This document shows, in pieces, positions 1 through 9,087 of a stretch of DNA of 34,524 nucleotides; position 1 is the stretch's first letter; every line of letters begins with the position of its first letter. The notes below the pieces were generated by a model. It was not told where the DNA came from. It saw only the letters and a program-made list of their open reading frames with translations, and ran no database searches. Source of the DNA: Pseudomonadota bacterium (GTDB taxonomy: Bacteria > Pseudomonadota > Gammaproteobacteria > Xanthomonadales > Rhodanobacteraceae); NCBI GenBank assembly GCA_018240765.1, contig JAFEFD010000581.1, forward strand, positions 1 through 34,524. Direction: 5' to 3'. The position numbers and the translations under genes are program-made.

Positions 1-696
1 ATCTACGACGCCGGCGCGAAATTCCCCTCCGGATTCGATGTCGGCGAAGCGACCGTGGTGCCGGCACTGCATGCTCTGGGCATCGAGAACGTCGAGCGCA
101 TGATCGTCAGCCATGGCGACAACGACCATTCCGGCGGCGCGGCCGCGGTCGCGGCGGCGTGGCCGCATATCGCGGTGGAATCCGGCGAGCCGGATCGGAT
201 GCCGATTGCGGCGACGCAATGCCTGGCCGGCGAATCCTGGAACTGGAACGGCGTGGAATTCCGCATCGTGCATCCGCACGAACCGCTGTCCGCGGTCGAC
301 AACGATCGTTGTTGCGTGCTCGCGGTGCGCAGTGGCGATAGCGAACTCGTGTTGTCCGGCGACATCACCCGCGCCGTCGAGCCCGACGTTGCTGCCGCGC
401 TGGCGCCGATCGCGCAACACGTCGTGTTGCAGGTTCCGCATCATGGCAGCAAGACATCGTCAAGCGCGGATTTCATCGCCGGACTGCATCCGGCATTGGG
501 GCTGATCACGGCCGGATACATGAACCGTTTCCACCATCCGAATCCCGATGTCGTTTCGCGCTACCGAGCCGACGATGTCGATCTCATCAATACCGCCAAC
601 AGCGGATTCGTCGCATTGCGTTTCGCACCGGGCGAGTCCCCGCGCATCGTCGAACGCGGTCGCATCGACCGGCATCCGTACTGGCGCGAGCAGTGA
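1..696 (+). CDS. comEC: DNA internalization competence protein ComEC/Rec2, C-terminal metallo-beta-lactamase-like domain (5'-truncated by window edge)
   Basis: Frame open from base 1 (IYDAGAKFPSGFDVGEATVVP). Motifs SHGDNDHSGG, SGD, PHHGSKTSS and GYMNRFHHP are typical of ComEC C-termini. Confidence 0.93.
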   Translation: MYDAGAKFPSGFDVGEATVVPALHALGIENVERMIVSHGDNDHSGGAAAVAAAWPHIAVESGEPDRMPIAATQCLAGESWNWNGVEFRIVHPHEPLSAVDNDRCCVLAVRSGDSELVLSGDITRAVEPDVAAALAPIAQHVVLQVPHHGSKTSSSADFIAGLHPALGLITAGYMNRFHHPNPDVVSRYRADDVDLINTANSGFVALRFAPGESPRIVERGRIDRHPYWREQ

Positions 697-706
697 TAGG
701 AATTGC

Positions 707-759
707 AATCGTTTCCCGTTTATCCCGGTCATGTCGGACTTGCGGACGAGGAAACGATT
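707..759 (+). promoter_or_regulatory. Inverted repeat overlapping the RBS of the Gly-rich gene
   Basis: AATCGTTTCC (707-716) is the exact reverse complement of GGAAACGATT (750-759). CGT (717-719) and ACG (746-748) extend it. The right arm covers the GAGGA RBS (748-752) before ATG 761. Confidence 0.5.
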
Positions 760-760
760 C

Positions 761-2110
761 ATGCACACCCACCATCGCAGCCTGCGGCTGAAAGCATTGC
801 CAGCGTTTCTGTTCCTGGCGCTGGGCGGAAATGCCGGCGCTGCCACGCTTACCGTCAACAGTCTCGCCGACAACACGACAGGTGGCGATGGCCTGGTCTC
901 GCTGCGGGAGGCGATTCTGGCTTCGGTCAATCACTCCACGACCGACTTGGGCCAGACCGGCACCGGCAACGACACGATTGACCTGACTGGGGTGAGCGGC
1001 ACGATTGCGTTGAACTCGGTTCTACCGAGCATCGCCAGCCGGATCTCGATTGCCGGACCGGGCGAAGCCTTGCTGACGATTCAGGGCAGCAGCGCCAATG
1101 CCGGCGGCAACGATGGCATTTTTTTCATTTCCGATGTTTTGGTGGTAAGCAAAGTCACTCTCGTCGGCGGCACCTCGCAGGGTGGCGCTGGAACCAGCGT
1201 GCAGCGCGATGGCGCGGGCGGTGGTGCAGCGGGCATGGGCGGTGCAGTTCTGGTCAATACGGGTGGCCGATTCGTAGCGGATTACGTCACCTTTACCGGC
1301 AATCGCGCGATTGGCGGCGCCGGCGGCAGCACAAATGGACCGTACGGCAGTTTTTATGCGGGCGGAGGCGGAGGTTTTGGCGAAGACGCTCCGGTGATGT
1401 CGAGTTCCCCGGCTTATGGCGTGCGTGCCACGCGCGGTGGCAATGGTGGGCCGTTTGGCAATACGGGAGGAAGTCCAGGCACGGTTGGCAACACGGGCTA
1501 TGCGGGTGACGGCGGCGATGGCGGTGGCGGTGGCGGCGGCGGTACGGGAATCGCTACCCGTGGCGGCAATGGCGGATTCGCCGGTGGCGGCGGCGGCGCT
1601 GGATGGGCCCACTGCGGTGCCGGTCCTGCAGGTGCCGGTGGCTTTGGCGGCGGTGGCGGCGGCGGTACGTTGTGCAATAGCGATGGCTATGCGAAAGCCG
1701 TTGGCGGATTCGGAGGATCATTCGGCGGCAGCGGCGGTGACGGTTCGGGAACTGCCTCGCCGAATAGCGGAACGGGTGGCGGTGGCGGCGGTGGTGCAGG
1801 CCTGGGCGGTGCCTTGTTCGTGCGCACGGGCGGCAAGGCCAGTCTGGCCAACTGCACGTTCAGCAGCAACCAGGCGCAACGTGGCTTGGGCGGGAGCGGC
1901 GGCGGCAATGGCATTGCCGGAAGCAACGGTCAAGGCAAGGGCGGCGTGTTCTTCATCATGAATGGAGCGACGCTCTTCGCCACCGACCTTACCTTGTCCG
2001 GCAATTCAGCTTCGGATGCTGGAAGCACGGCTACCGATAACGCGAATTTCTACGGCAATCTGATAACCGACGCGATATTTCACAACGATTTAGACGGCGA
2101 CGGCTTTTGA
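761..2110 (+). CDS. Secreted glycine-rich repeat protein with N-terminal CSLREA-like domain
   Basis: ATG 761 with GAGGA RBS. Signal peptide (MHTHHRSLRLKALPAFLFLALGGNAGA), then ATLTVNSLAD...DGLVSLREAI...DTI (CSLREA-type). Long GGxGG runs flanked by beta-helix-like segments (VTFTGNRAIGG, CTFSSNQAQRG). C-terminus DAIFHNDLDGDGF. Confidence 0.8.
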   Translation: MHTHHRSLRLKALPAFLFLALGGNAGAATLTVNSLADNTTGGDGLVSLREAILASVNHSTTDLGQTGTGNDTIDLTGVSGTIALNSVLPSIASRISIAGPGEALLTIQGSSANAGGNDGIFFISDVLVVSKVTLVGGTSQGGAGTSVQRDGAGGGAAGMGGAVLVNTGGRFVADYVTFTGNRAIGGAGGSTNGPYGSFYAGGGGGFGEDAPVMSSSPAYGVRATRGGNGGPFGNTGGSPGTVGNTGYAGDGGDGGGGGGGGTGIATRGGNGGFAGGGGGAGWAHCGAGPAGAGGFGGGGGGGTLCNSDGYAKAVGGFGGSFGGSGGDGSGTASPNSGTGGGGGGGAGLGGALFVRTGGKASLANCTFSSNQAQRGLGGSGGGNGIAGSNGQGKGGVFFIMNGATLFATDLTLSGNSASDAGSTATDNANFYGNLITDAIFHNDLDGDGF

Positions 2111-2191
2111 AGCAACACTGGATCACGAAACCGTAGCAACAAGTATCCGCACTTGCGCAGGATTGATCGCGGGATTTGAGACGCCAGCCGG

Positions 2192-2197
2192 TATCAT
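2192..2197 (+). promoter_or_regulatory. Putative -10 element (TATCAT) of a leaderless recC transcript
   Basis: TATCAT lies 6 nt before ATG 2204. No Shine-Dalgarno in between (CCCCGG). Confidence 0.45.
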
Positions 2198-2203
2198 CCC
2201 CGG

Positions 2204-5200
2204 ATGACCGGATTCTTCGTTCACCGTGATAGCCGCACCGAAATACTCGCCGAGGAACTATTCACGGCATTGGATCGAGAACGCCCGGCGCAGGTTCTGG
2301 CACCGCATACCGTGGTCGTCGCGCATCCGGGACTCGGGCGTTGGCTGCTCAGTGAGTTCGCGCGGCGCGGGGAGTGCGGCATTGCGGCGAATTTCGATCT
2401 GATCCAGCCCTGGCAGTGGCTGGAACGTGCGGCCGGGCAGGTGCTTGGCAATGAATCCGACGCGAATTTCGCCACGCAGAACCTGCGCTGGCACATCCAT
2501 GCGCTTTTGCCGGCACTGGACGATGCGCGTGTGCAGCGTTTGCTCGATGGCGCCGATGGCGTGCGCCGGCGTTTCCAACTGGCCGATCGACTGGCTGGTG
2601 CCTATGCGCAATATCTGACCTACCGGCCGGATTGGATCGCGGCCTGGGAAAGCGGCGCGAAGGCGCAGGATTGGCAAGCCAGGCTTTGGCAACGCTTGCG
2701 CCAGCGCATTGCCGGGCCGCATCGCGCGCAGCGGCATGAGCAACTCATCGCAGCGCTGGCCGCGCGCGGCGACGGTGCGTCGGAGCCGCTGCACCTGTTC
2801 GGCATCAGCCACCTTCCAGCGGATATTCTCGCCGCGTTGAAAGCGGTGTCGGCGCATCGCGCGGTGCATCTGTATTTTCCCGATCCGTGTCGCGAATACT
2901 GGGGCGACCTGAAGTCGAAGCGCGAACTGTTGCGCAAGGGCGAGGTCGACGACGCGTGGCACTACGAAATCGGCCATCCGCTGCTGGTTTCACTCGGGCG
3001 CATGGCCCAGGATTTCTTCATCGCGCTGGAAAGCGCCGGTGTCGAACTCGATGTCGGCGAACCCGAGTCATCGAAGCCTGACTCCAGCCTGCTCACGCGA
3101 TTGCAACAAGGTATTCGTGGTGGCCACGGCGCCGGAATGGATTCCACCGTGGCGACACCTGATGACGCCAGTCTGCGCGTACACGCCTGCGCCACGCGCC
3201 TGCGCGAGCTCGAAGTGCTCAAGGATTCACTGTTGCGCTTTCTCGCCGACGAACCGAAGTTGCTGCCTCGCCAGATCGTGGTGATGGCGCCGGATATTTC
3301 CGCGTATGCGCCGTATCTGCCCGCCGTGTTCGGTGAAGCGGCGCATCACAGCGCCGATCCGTCGCGGATTCCCTGGCACCTGGCCGATGTGCGCCTGGCG
3401 CAGACGCATCCCTTGCTGCGCGCGTTCGCCACGCTGCTCAATCTGGGCGAGAGTCGTTTCGCCTTGGGCGAAGTGCTCGACCTGCTCGATGTGCCTGCGC
3501 TCGCGCGCCGCTTCCGGCTTGATGGTGTCGATCGCGAAGTTCTGGAAACGACGTTGCGCCGCGCGGGCGTGGCCTGGGGCCTGGATGCGGCGATGAAGGC
3601 GCAATTCGCCGGCGTTGCCACGGTGGAAAACTCCTGGGCGTTCGGATTCGATCGCATTTTTGCCGGCGCGATCGCCGGCGCCGATACGGACGATGCATTG
3701 CTCGATGGCGTGCTGCCATTGGCGGGAGTCGATGGTTCGGCAGCTATCGCACTCGGCCGGGCACACCGATTGCTGGATGTCTTGCGCGAGCTGCGTGACG
3801 GTTTTGCTCGTCCGCGCCCACTCGCGGACTGGTGCGAATGGCTCGGCGAACGCATCGATGCCTTGTTCCGCGCAGACGCAGATGACCGCGTCGAAACTCG
3901 TGCGCTGGATGCGCTGCGTCGCGCGCTGGCCGAACTGGCAACGCAATCCGCCGCGAGTGGGACACAGGAATTGCCGTGGCGCGTGGTGCGCGAGGCCGTG
4001 CGCGGCCAGCTTGACGCGGTGTCCGAGCGCCAGCCATTTCTGCTCGGCGGGGTCACCTTTTGCGGCCTGGTACCGCAGCGATCGATTCCGTTTCGCGTGG
4101 TCTGCCTGCTCGGCATGAACGATGGCGAATTCCCGCGCGATGGCGGCGACACCGGCCTGAATCTCATGGTGAAGTATCCGCGCCGCGGCGACCGCGACAC
4201 GCGCCGCGAGGATCGCTACCTGTTCCTCGAAGCGCTGATGGCGGCGCGCCAGCACCTGCATATCAGCTACGTGGGCCGCGATGTTCAGGACGGCAAGCGC
4301 ATCGACCCGGCGGCGCCGTTGGCGGAATTGCTGCAATTCCTCGACGACGCGCACACGCTGGGCAAGGACGATCCTCGCCCGTGGCTCGTCGCGCATCCGC
4401 TGCAGCCATTCGACGCCCGCTATTTCGATCATTCCGAACAGCGCGACACGCGGCTGTTCTCCTACAACGCCGATTTCCGCGAACAGGCAGACGCAAAATC
4501 CGCACCAGCGACCTTCATCGATTGGACAGACGACTCGCTCGCGGATTCCGCGGAACCGCGCGTGTGGTCACTCGACCGGCTCGCACGGTTCTGGCGCGAT
4601 CCGCTCGCCGCGCAGCTGCGTGAAGGCGCCGGCATCGACCGCGAAGCGCTCGAGGTCGATGCATCAGCCGATTCCGAACCACTGACCTCGCATTTCGATC
4701 GCCGCGAACGCATGCAATCACGCATCGTGCTCGATGCGTTGCGTCGCAATGCAACCACACTTGCCGAAACCGCGCCGGATGCCATCGCGCGCTCCGGCCG
4801 GCTGGCGGGTGGAGCGATCGGCGCGGCGGCATGGCAAGGCCTGCGCGAGAGCGCGCGGCCGCTGCTCGAGGCCCTGCAGCGCGAACTCGGGACTGATGCG
4901 CGTCGTGAACCGCGTCCGGTCAGCTTCGATATTGACGGCATGCGCATCGCCGGCAGCGTGCGCGACGTCTATGCGCGTGCCGACGGCAATCGCGCGCATG
5001 TGGGTCTGCGCCTGCATCGCGCGGCGGATTTCGGCGACTTGTTGCCGTTCTACATCCGTCATGCCGCGTTGCGTCTTTCCGATATCGATGCCGCACCGGT
5101 TTTCCTGGAAGAAGCGGAATCCGCGTCTGCCGCCGAACCCGCATTGCTCGCGGCGATTCGCGCGCAGGATTCGGCGCAACTTCGCGAAGGTTTGCGAACC

Positions 5201-5512
5201 TTGCTGGCGATCGCGCGGGAATCCGCAGGCAAACCGGTATTGTTTCCGGTCAGGACCGCATGGGCGTGGTCCATCTCGGCACCGACCCAGCGCAGCGAGA
5301 AAGCATGGACGGCGTGGCATGGCACGGATTTCAAGGGTGGCGAGGGCACGTACGCTCCGGGCTACAACGCCTTGTTCGCACGAGGCATCGATTTCCTGGA
5401 TGGCGTTTCGGATGCGGCGAAAGCGTTTGCGGAAACCTGCGTGCGGGTTTCCGACGTACTCGATCCGCAGCACACGCTGCTGTTGCCCGAACGCGCGGGA
5501 GCGCCGCGATGA
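2204..5512 (+). CDS. recC: Exodeoxyribonuclease V gamma subunit RecC
   Basis: 1102 aa. RecC hallmarks: LADRL...QYLTYRPDW, PCREYWGD, HPLLVSLG, RELEVLKD, VVMAPDI, IPFRVVCLLGMNDGEFPR, DRYLFLEALMAAR, HPLQPFD. Confidence 0.96.
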   Translation: MTGFFVHRDSRTEILAEELFTALDRERPAQVLAPHTVVVAHPGLGRWLLSEFARRGECGIAANFDLIQPWQWLERAAGQVLGNESDANFATQNLRWHIHALLPALDDARVQRLLDGADGVRRRFQLADRLAGAYAQYLTYRPDWIAAWESGAKAQDWQARLWQRLRQRIAGPHRAQRHEQLIAALAARGDGASEPLHLFGISHLPADILAALKAVSAHRAVHLYFPDPCREYWGDLKSKRELLRKGEVDDAWHYEIGHPLLVSLGRMAQDFFIALESAGVELDVGEPESSKPDSSLLTRLQQGIRGGHGAGMDSTVATPDDASLRVHACATRLRELEVLKDSLLRFLADEPKLLPRQIVVMAPDISAYAPYLPAVFGEAAHHSADPSRIPWHLADVRLAQTHPLLRAFATLLNLGESRFALGEVLDLLDVPALARRFRLDGVDREVLETTLRRAGVAWGLDAAMKAQFAGVATVENSWAFGFDRIFAGAIAGADTDDALLDGVLPLAGVDGSAAIALGRAHRLLDVLRELRDGFARPRPLADWCEWLGERIDALFRADADDRVETRALDALRRALAELATQSAASGTQELPWRVVREAVRGQLDAVSERQPFLLGGVTFCGLVPQRSIPFRVVCLLGMNDGEFPRDGGDTGLNLMVKYPRRGDRDTRREDRYLFLEALMAARQHLHISYVGRDVQDGKRIDPAAPLAELLQFLDDAHTLGKDDPRPWLVAHPLQPFDARYFDHSEQRDTRLFSYNADFREQADAKSAPATFIDWTDDSLADSAEPRVWSLDRLARFWRDPLAAQLREGAGIDREALEVDASADSEPLTSHFDRRERMQSRIVLDALRRNATTLAETAPDAIARSGRLAGGAIGAAAWQGLRESARPLLEALQRELGTDARREPRPVSFDIDGMRIAGSVRDVYARADGNRAHVGLRLHRAADFGDLLPFYIRHAALRLSDIDAAPVFLEEAESASAAEPALLAAIRAQDSAQLREGLRTLLAIARESAGKPVLFPVRTAWAWSISAPTQRSEKAWTAWHGTDFKGGEGTYAPGYNALFARGIDFLDGVSDAAKAFAETCVRVSDVLDPQHTLLLPERAGAPR

Positions 5513-8500
5513 GCGCTATTGTCACGACGCTGGATTGGCAGGCGCTATCGCTGGCAGCGCCGGATCGCGTTCTGATCGAAGCCAGCGCCGGCACTGGCAA
5601 GACCTGGACGATTGCCGCGCTGTACCTGCGCCTGTTGCTCGAAGGGCAGACGCCGCCGCTGGTCGGCGCGATTCTCGTCGCCACCTTCAGCGAGGCGGCG
5701 GCGCGCGAGTTGCGCGAACGCCTGCGCGCACGCCTTGCCGACGCCGAGCGCGAATTGCAGCGCATCGTCGATCGTGCGGCGGCGCAGGCAGACGTCCAAG
5801 ACAACGACACGGTATTGACGTGGTTGGCAACGCAGTTCGCGCAAGCCGGCGATGCGAAGCAGGCGTTGCAGCGCATCCAGCTTGCGCGCATGGATTTCGA
5901 CCGCGCGCCGATCGGCACGATCCACGCGTTGTGCCAGCGTTTCCTGCGCGATTTTCCGCTGGATTCCGGCATGGCCGCGATCGCATCCGAGCGGATCGAC
6001 GAGGACGCACTGTTGCGCGAATGCGTCGAGGACTTCTGGCGCCTGCGCTATCTCGGCGATGGCGCAGTCGATGCGGCTGAAGCAATCCTGTTCGCGGGCG
6101 GCCCGGAAAAATTGCTGCGCGACGTGCGTGACATGCTGGCGCACGATGCGCGGATACTCGCGGCGGACGGGATTGAAGCGCTCGATGCGGAGATTGCGCG
6201 CCTGCGAGCGCCGGAAGCCCAGCGTCAGCTGCGTGAATTGTGTGAAGCGGCGCATTACAAGTTGCCGAACAAGAGTGCTGTGCGTAAACGCCTGGCCTCG
6301 ATTGTGGATGCGTTGACTGCGAACGCCCTTGTCATCGAAACCATCGACAAGCAGATCGACAAGTATTTCACTGGCGACGAACTCGACAAACAACAATCTG
6401 AATTCGCCAATGTGCGTTTGCGCGATCAGCCCTTGATCCGTCAATTGCGTACGATCAAGGCACTTGCCGCGCATAGCGACACCTTCATCCGCGGCCGCGT
6501 GCTGGTTGCCGCCTGCGAATTCTGCCGGGTGGAAATCCCGCGCCGCGCCGAACAGCGCCAGGCGATGACGTATTCGCTGATGATCGCGAAAGTGCATGAG
6601 CGCGTGCGTGACGGGAACGGCGGCATGGCGCAGGCGTTGTTCGAGGCGTATCCATTCGCCCTGGTCGACGAATTCCAGGACACCGACGCGCGGCAGTTCG
6701 AAATTTTCGACGCGATCTATCGTGATCGCGACGGCGTCACGCGCGGCTGGCTGGCCATGATCGGCGATCCGAAACAGGCCATCTACGGTTTTCGCGGCGG
6801 TGATATCGCCGCATATCTCAAGGCCCGCGAAGGTGCCACGACGCGCTGCGCGATGGGCACGAATTATCGTTCCACGCGCGTCCTGGTAGAAGCGCTCAAT
6901 GCGCTGTATGCCGCTGGCGACGGCGGTTTTGGCGAAGCGGCCATCGCGTATCAGCGCATGCTGTGCGCAGGCAATGCGGAGAAAGCCGAATTGCGGCGGA
7001 AGGGCAGGGCGGCACCGCCATTTTCGATCCACCGCTTCCGCGGCAATGCGCTGGGCACGAAAGATCAGCCGCTGACGGCACAAGGTGAGCTGGCGAACAT
7101 CGCGCTGGACGACTGCGCGCAGCGCATCGTCGAATTGCTCACCGATGCGGCGACGACGCTCGGAGACAACCCCGTGATGCCCGGCGACATCGCCGTGCTG
7201 CTGCCGAAGAACACACAGGTATCGGAATTGCGCAGACGCCTCGTGGATCGCGGCGTGCCCTGCGCGGGCAGCGGCCGCGAAAGCGTGCTTGAAGGCGCGA
7301 CCGCAGAGGAACTCGAGCTGTTCCTCGCCGCGATCCTGCATCCGGATGACGATGGCGCGGTTCGCGCCGCGCTGGCCACGAGCCTGCTCGGATACGACTT
7401 GTGCGGCATCGCCGCCTTGCAAACAGATTCCGCCGCGTTCGAGCGCGAACTCGATCGCTTCGCCAAGTGGCATGATTTGGCGCTGACACGCGGCGCATTC
7501 GCGGCCATCGCGAGCCTGATCGCGCAGCGTGCCGGTGCCTTGCTGTGCGAGCGCAGCGGCGAGCGCATCATTGCCGACCTGCGCCATCTGGGCGAATTGC
7601 TGGCCGCGCGTGAGATGGAAGAACCCGGCCTTGAACGCGCGATCGCCTGGTACGCGCAGGCGCGCCGCGATGCTGAAAACAATGGCGAACGCGATCGCCG
7701 CGTGCGCCTGCTCGCGGACGCCGGCGCGGTGCAGATCATGACCTTGCACGCAGCCAAGGGCCTGGAATTTCCGATCGTGTTCCTCCCGCTGGCGTGGAAC
7801 ACGGCCGAGCGCAGTGGGCAGCACGAACCCAAGGTTTTGCATTACCACGACGACGATGCTCGTGCCTGCATTGATGTCGGCTCGGGCGGATTCGTGGATC
7901 ACCTGCAAACACATTTCGCCGAGGATCTGCGCGAACGCCGGCGCCTGCTTTATGTCGCGATGACGCGCGCGAAATCGGCCTTGCATGTGTACTGGGTCGG
8001 TCGCGGTGTTCCTGAAGATGCCGTTGCGTGGAAGATTCCGGCCATCGATATCGCATTGCGGCAAGCGCTGCGCGCGCACGGCCTGGCATTGAGCGAAGCG
8101 GCCTTGCCCGAACTTGCCGGCAAAATCGATGGAATCACCATTGCCGATCCGGCCCTGCGTGGCAGGGCCCGTTATGCGGCGACGCACGCATCGGGTTCGG
8201 AGCGCCTGCCACAGCAGCCTCTGCCCGCACTTCGGCGCTTCGAGTGGCTGCACAGTTTCAGCGGCATCCTGCGCAGTCGCGTGGTCGAGTCCGCCGATGC
8301 GGCGGCAGACGATGAAACCGACCCGCAAGATGCCGTCATCGATATAGCCGAGGTCGAACCCGAGCATCCCGAACTGCTGGCGTTGCATGCAGTGGGTGGA
8401 AGTGCGTTCGGCGATGCGGTGCACAAGACGCTGGAGGCCGCTGGCATGCGGCCGGTGGATCGTGCCTTGTTGCGCGACAAGCTGGCGGCGCAGGGTATCG

Positions 8501-9087
8501 CGTCCATGGAAGAGGAACCCGAAGCGGCGCTGTTGCGCATGCTCGAACGCGTGCGCGAGTCCGACCTCGGCGACGGCCTGCGCCTGATGGACTTGCCAGC
8601 GCGCGAACGCGTGGCCGAATTCGGATTCCAGTTCCCGATCGGCGCTTGCCTGCGCGATCTGCGCGCGGCGTGCGCACGGCATGGATTCGCGGATGTCTGG
8701 CCGGCGCAACTGCGCGCCAGCGAACTCAACGGCATGCTCACCGGATTCGCCGACCTGATTTTTTTCCACGGCGGGCGCTATCACGTGCTCGATTACAAGA
8801 CCAACCGCCTCGGCACGCGCGTGTCCGACTATTGCGGTGCGGCGCTGGATGAGGCGATGCGTGATGATTTCTATCCCTTGCAGGCGTTGATCTACACCGT
8901 CGCCCTGCATCGCTACCTGCGCCAGCGGCTGCACGTCTATTCGCCAGAGCAGCTGGGCGACAGCGTGTACCTGTTCCTGCGCGGTGTCGGCCTCGCGCCC
9001 GGCGCGGGCGTGTGGCGGCGGCGTTGGCCAGAGGCATTGATCCACGATCTGGACGAGGTCTTCGCGGGCGTGGAGGCAGCGGCATGA
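5509..9087 (+). CDS. recB: Exodeoxyribonuclease V beta subunit RecB
   Basis: ATG 5509 overlaps the recC stop (ATGA). Walker A EASAGTGKT, LVDEFQDT, IGDPKQAIYGFRG, TLHAAKGLEF, LLYVAMTRA. C-terminal nuclease motif GFADLIF...VLDYKTN. Confidence 0.97.
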   Translation: MSAIVTTLDWQALSLAAPDRVLIEASAGTGKTWTIAALYLRLLLEGQTPPLVGAILVATFSEAAARELRERLRARLADAERELQRIVDRAAAQADVQDNDTVLTWLATQFAQAGDAKQALQRIQLARMDFDRAPIGTIHALCQRFLRDFPLDSGMAAIASERIDEDALLRECVEDFWRLRYLGDGAVDAAEAILFAGGPEKLLRDVRDMLAHDARILAADGIEALDAEIARLRAPEAQRQLRELCEAAHYKLPNKSAVRKRLASIVDALTANALVIETIDKQIDKYFTGDELDKQQSEFANVRLRDQPLIRQLRTIKALAAHSDTFIRGRVLVAACEFCRVEIPRRAEQRQAMTYSLMIAKVHERVRDGNGGMAQALFEAYPFALVDEFQDTDARQFEIFDAIYRDRDGVTRGWLAMIGDPKQAIYGFRGGDIAAYLKAREGATTRCAMGTNYRSTRVLVEALNALYAAGDGGFGEAAIAYQRMLCAGNAEKAELRRKGRAAPPFSIHRFRGNALGTKDQPLTAQGELANIALDDCAQRIVELLTDAATTLGDNPVMPGDIAVLLPKNTQVSELRRRLVDRGVPCAGSGRESVLEGATAEELELFLAAILHPDDDGAVRAALATSLLGYDLCGIAALQTDSAAFERELDRFAKWHDLALTRGAFAAIASLIAQRAGALLCERSGERIIADLRHLGELLAAREMEEPGLERAIAWYAQARRDAENNGERDRRVRLLADAGAVQIMTLHAAKGLEFPIVFLPLAWNTAERSGQHEPKVLHYHDDDARACIDVGSGGFVDHLQTHFAEDLRERRRLLYVAMTRAKSALHVYWVGRGVPEDAVAWKIPAIDIALRQALRAHGLALSEAALPELAGKIDGITIADPALRGRARYAATHASGSERLPQQPLPALRRFEWLHSFSGILRSRVVESADAAADDETDPQDAVIDIAEVEPEHPELLALHAVGGSAFGDAVHKTLEAAGMRPVDRALLRDKLAAQGIASMEEEPEAALLRMLERVRESDLGDGLRLMDLPARERVAEFGFQFPIGACLRDLRAACARHGFADVWPAQLRASELNGMLTGFADLIFFHGGRYHVLDYKTNRLGTRVSDYCGAALDEAMRDDFYPLQALIYTVALHRYLRQRLHVYSPEQLGDSVYLFLRGVGLAPGAGVWRRRWPEALIHDLDEVFAGVEAAA

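Noticed and set aside
548-760. N-terminal extensions given by the ORF track for the Gly-rich gene, and likewise for recB (5260), recD (9012), WS/DGAT (18397), antiporter (19311), TPR-like (22917), GGDEF/EAL (31479), orn (31483) and phoD (32129)
   Set aside because: They overlap neighbouring genes or promoters. Downstream starts with an RBS, ATGA coupling or signal peptides fit better.
1510-1800. GGC/GGT trinucleotide runs as a tandem repeat or CRISPR-like array
   Set aside because: They are in-frame poly-Gly codons with no repeat-spacer periodicity.
2111-2203. LexA/SOS box upstream of recC
   Set aside because: No CTGT-N8-ACAG or TTAG-N6-TACTA type palindrome is visible.
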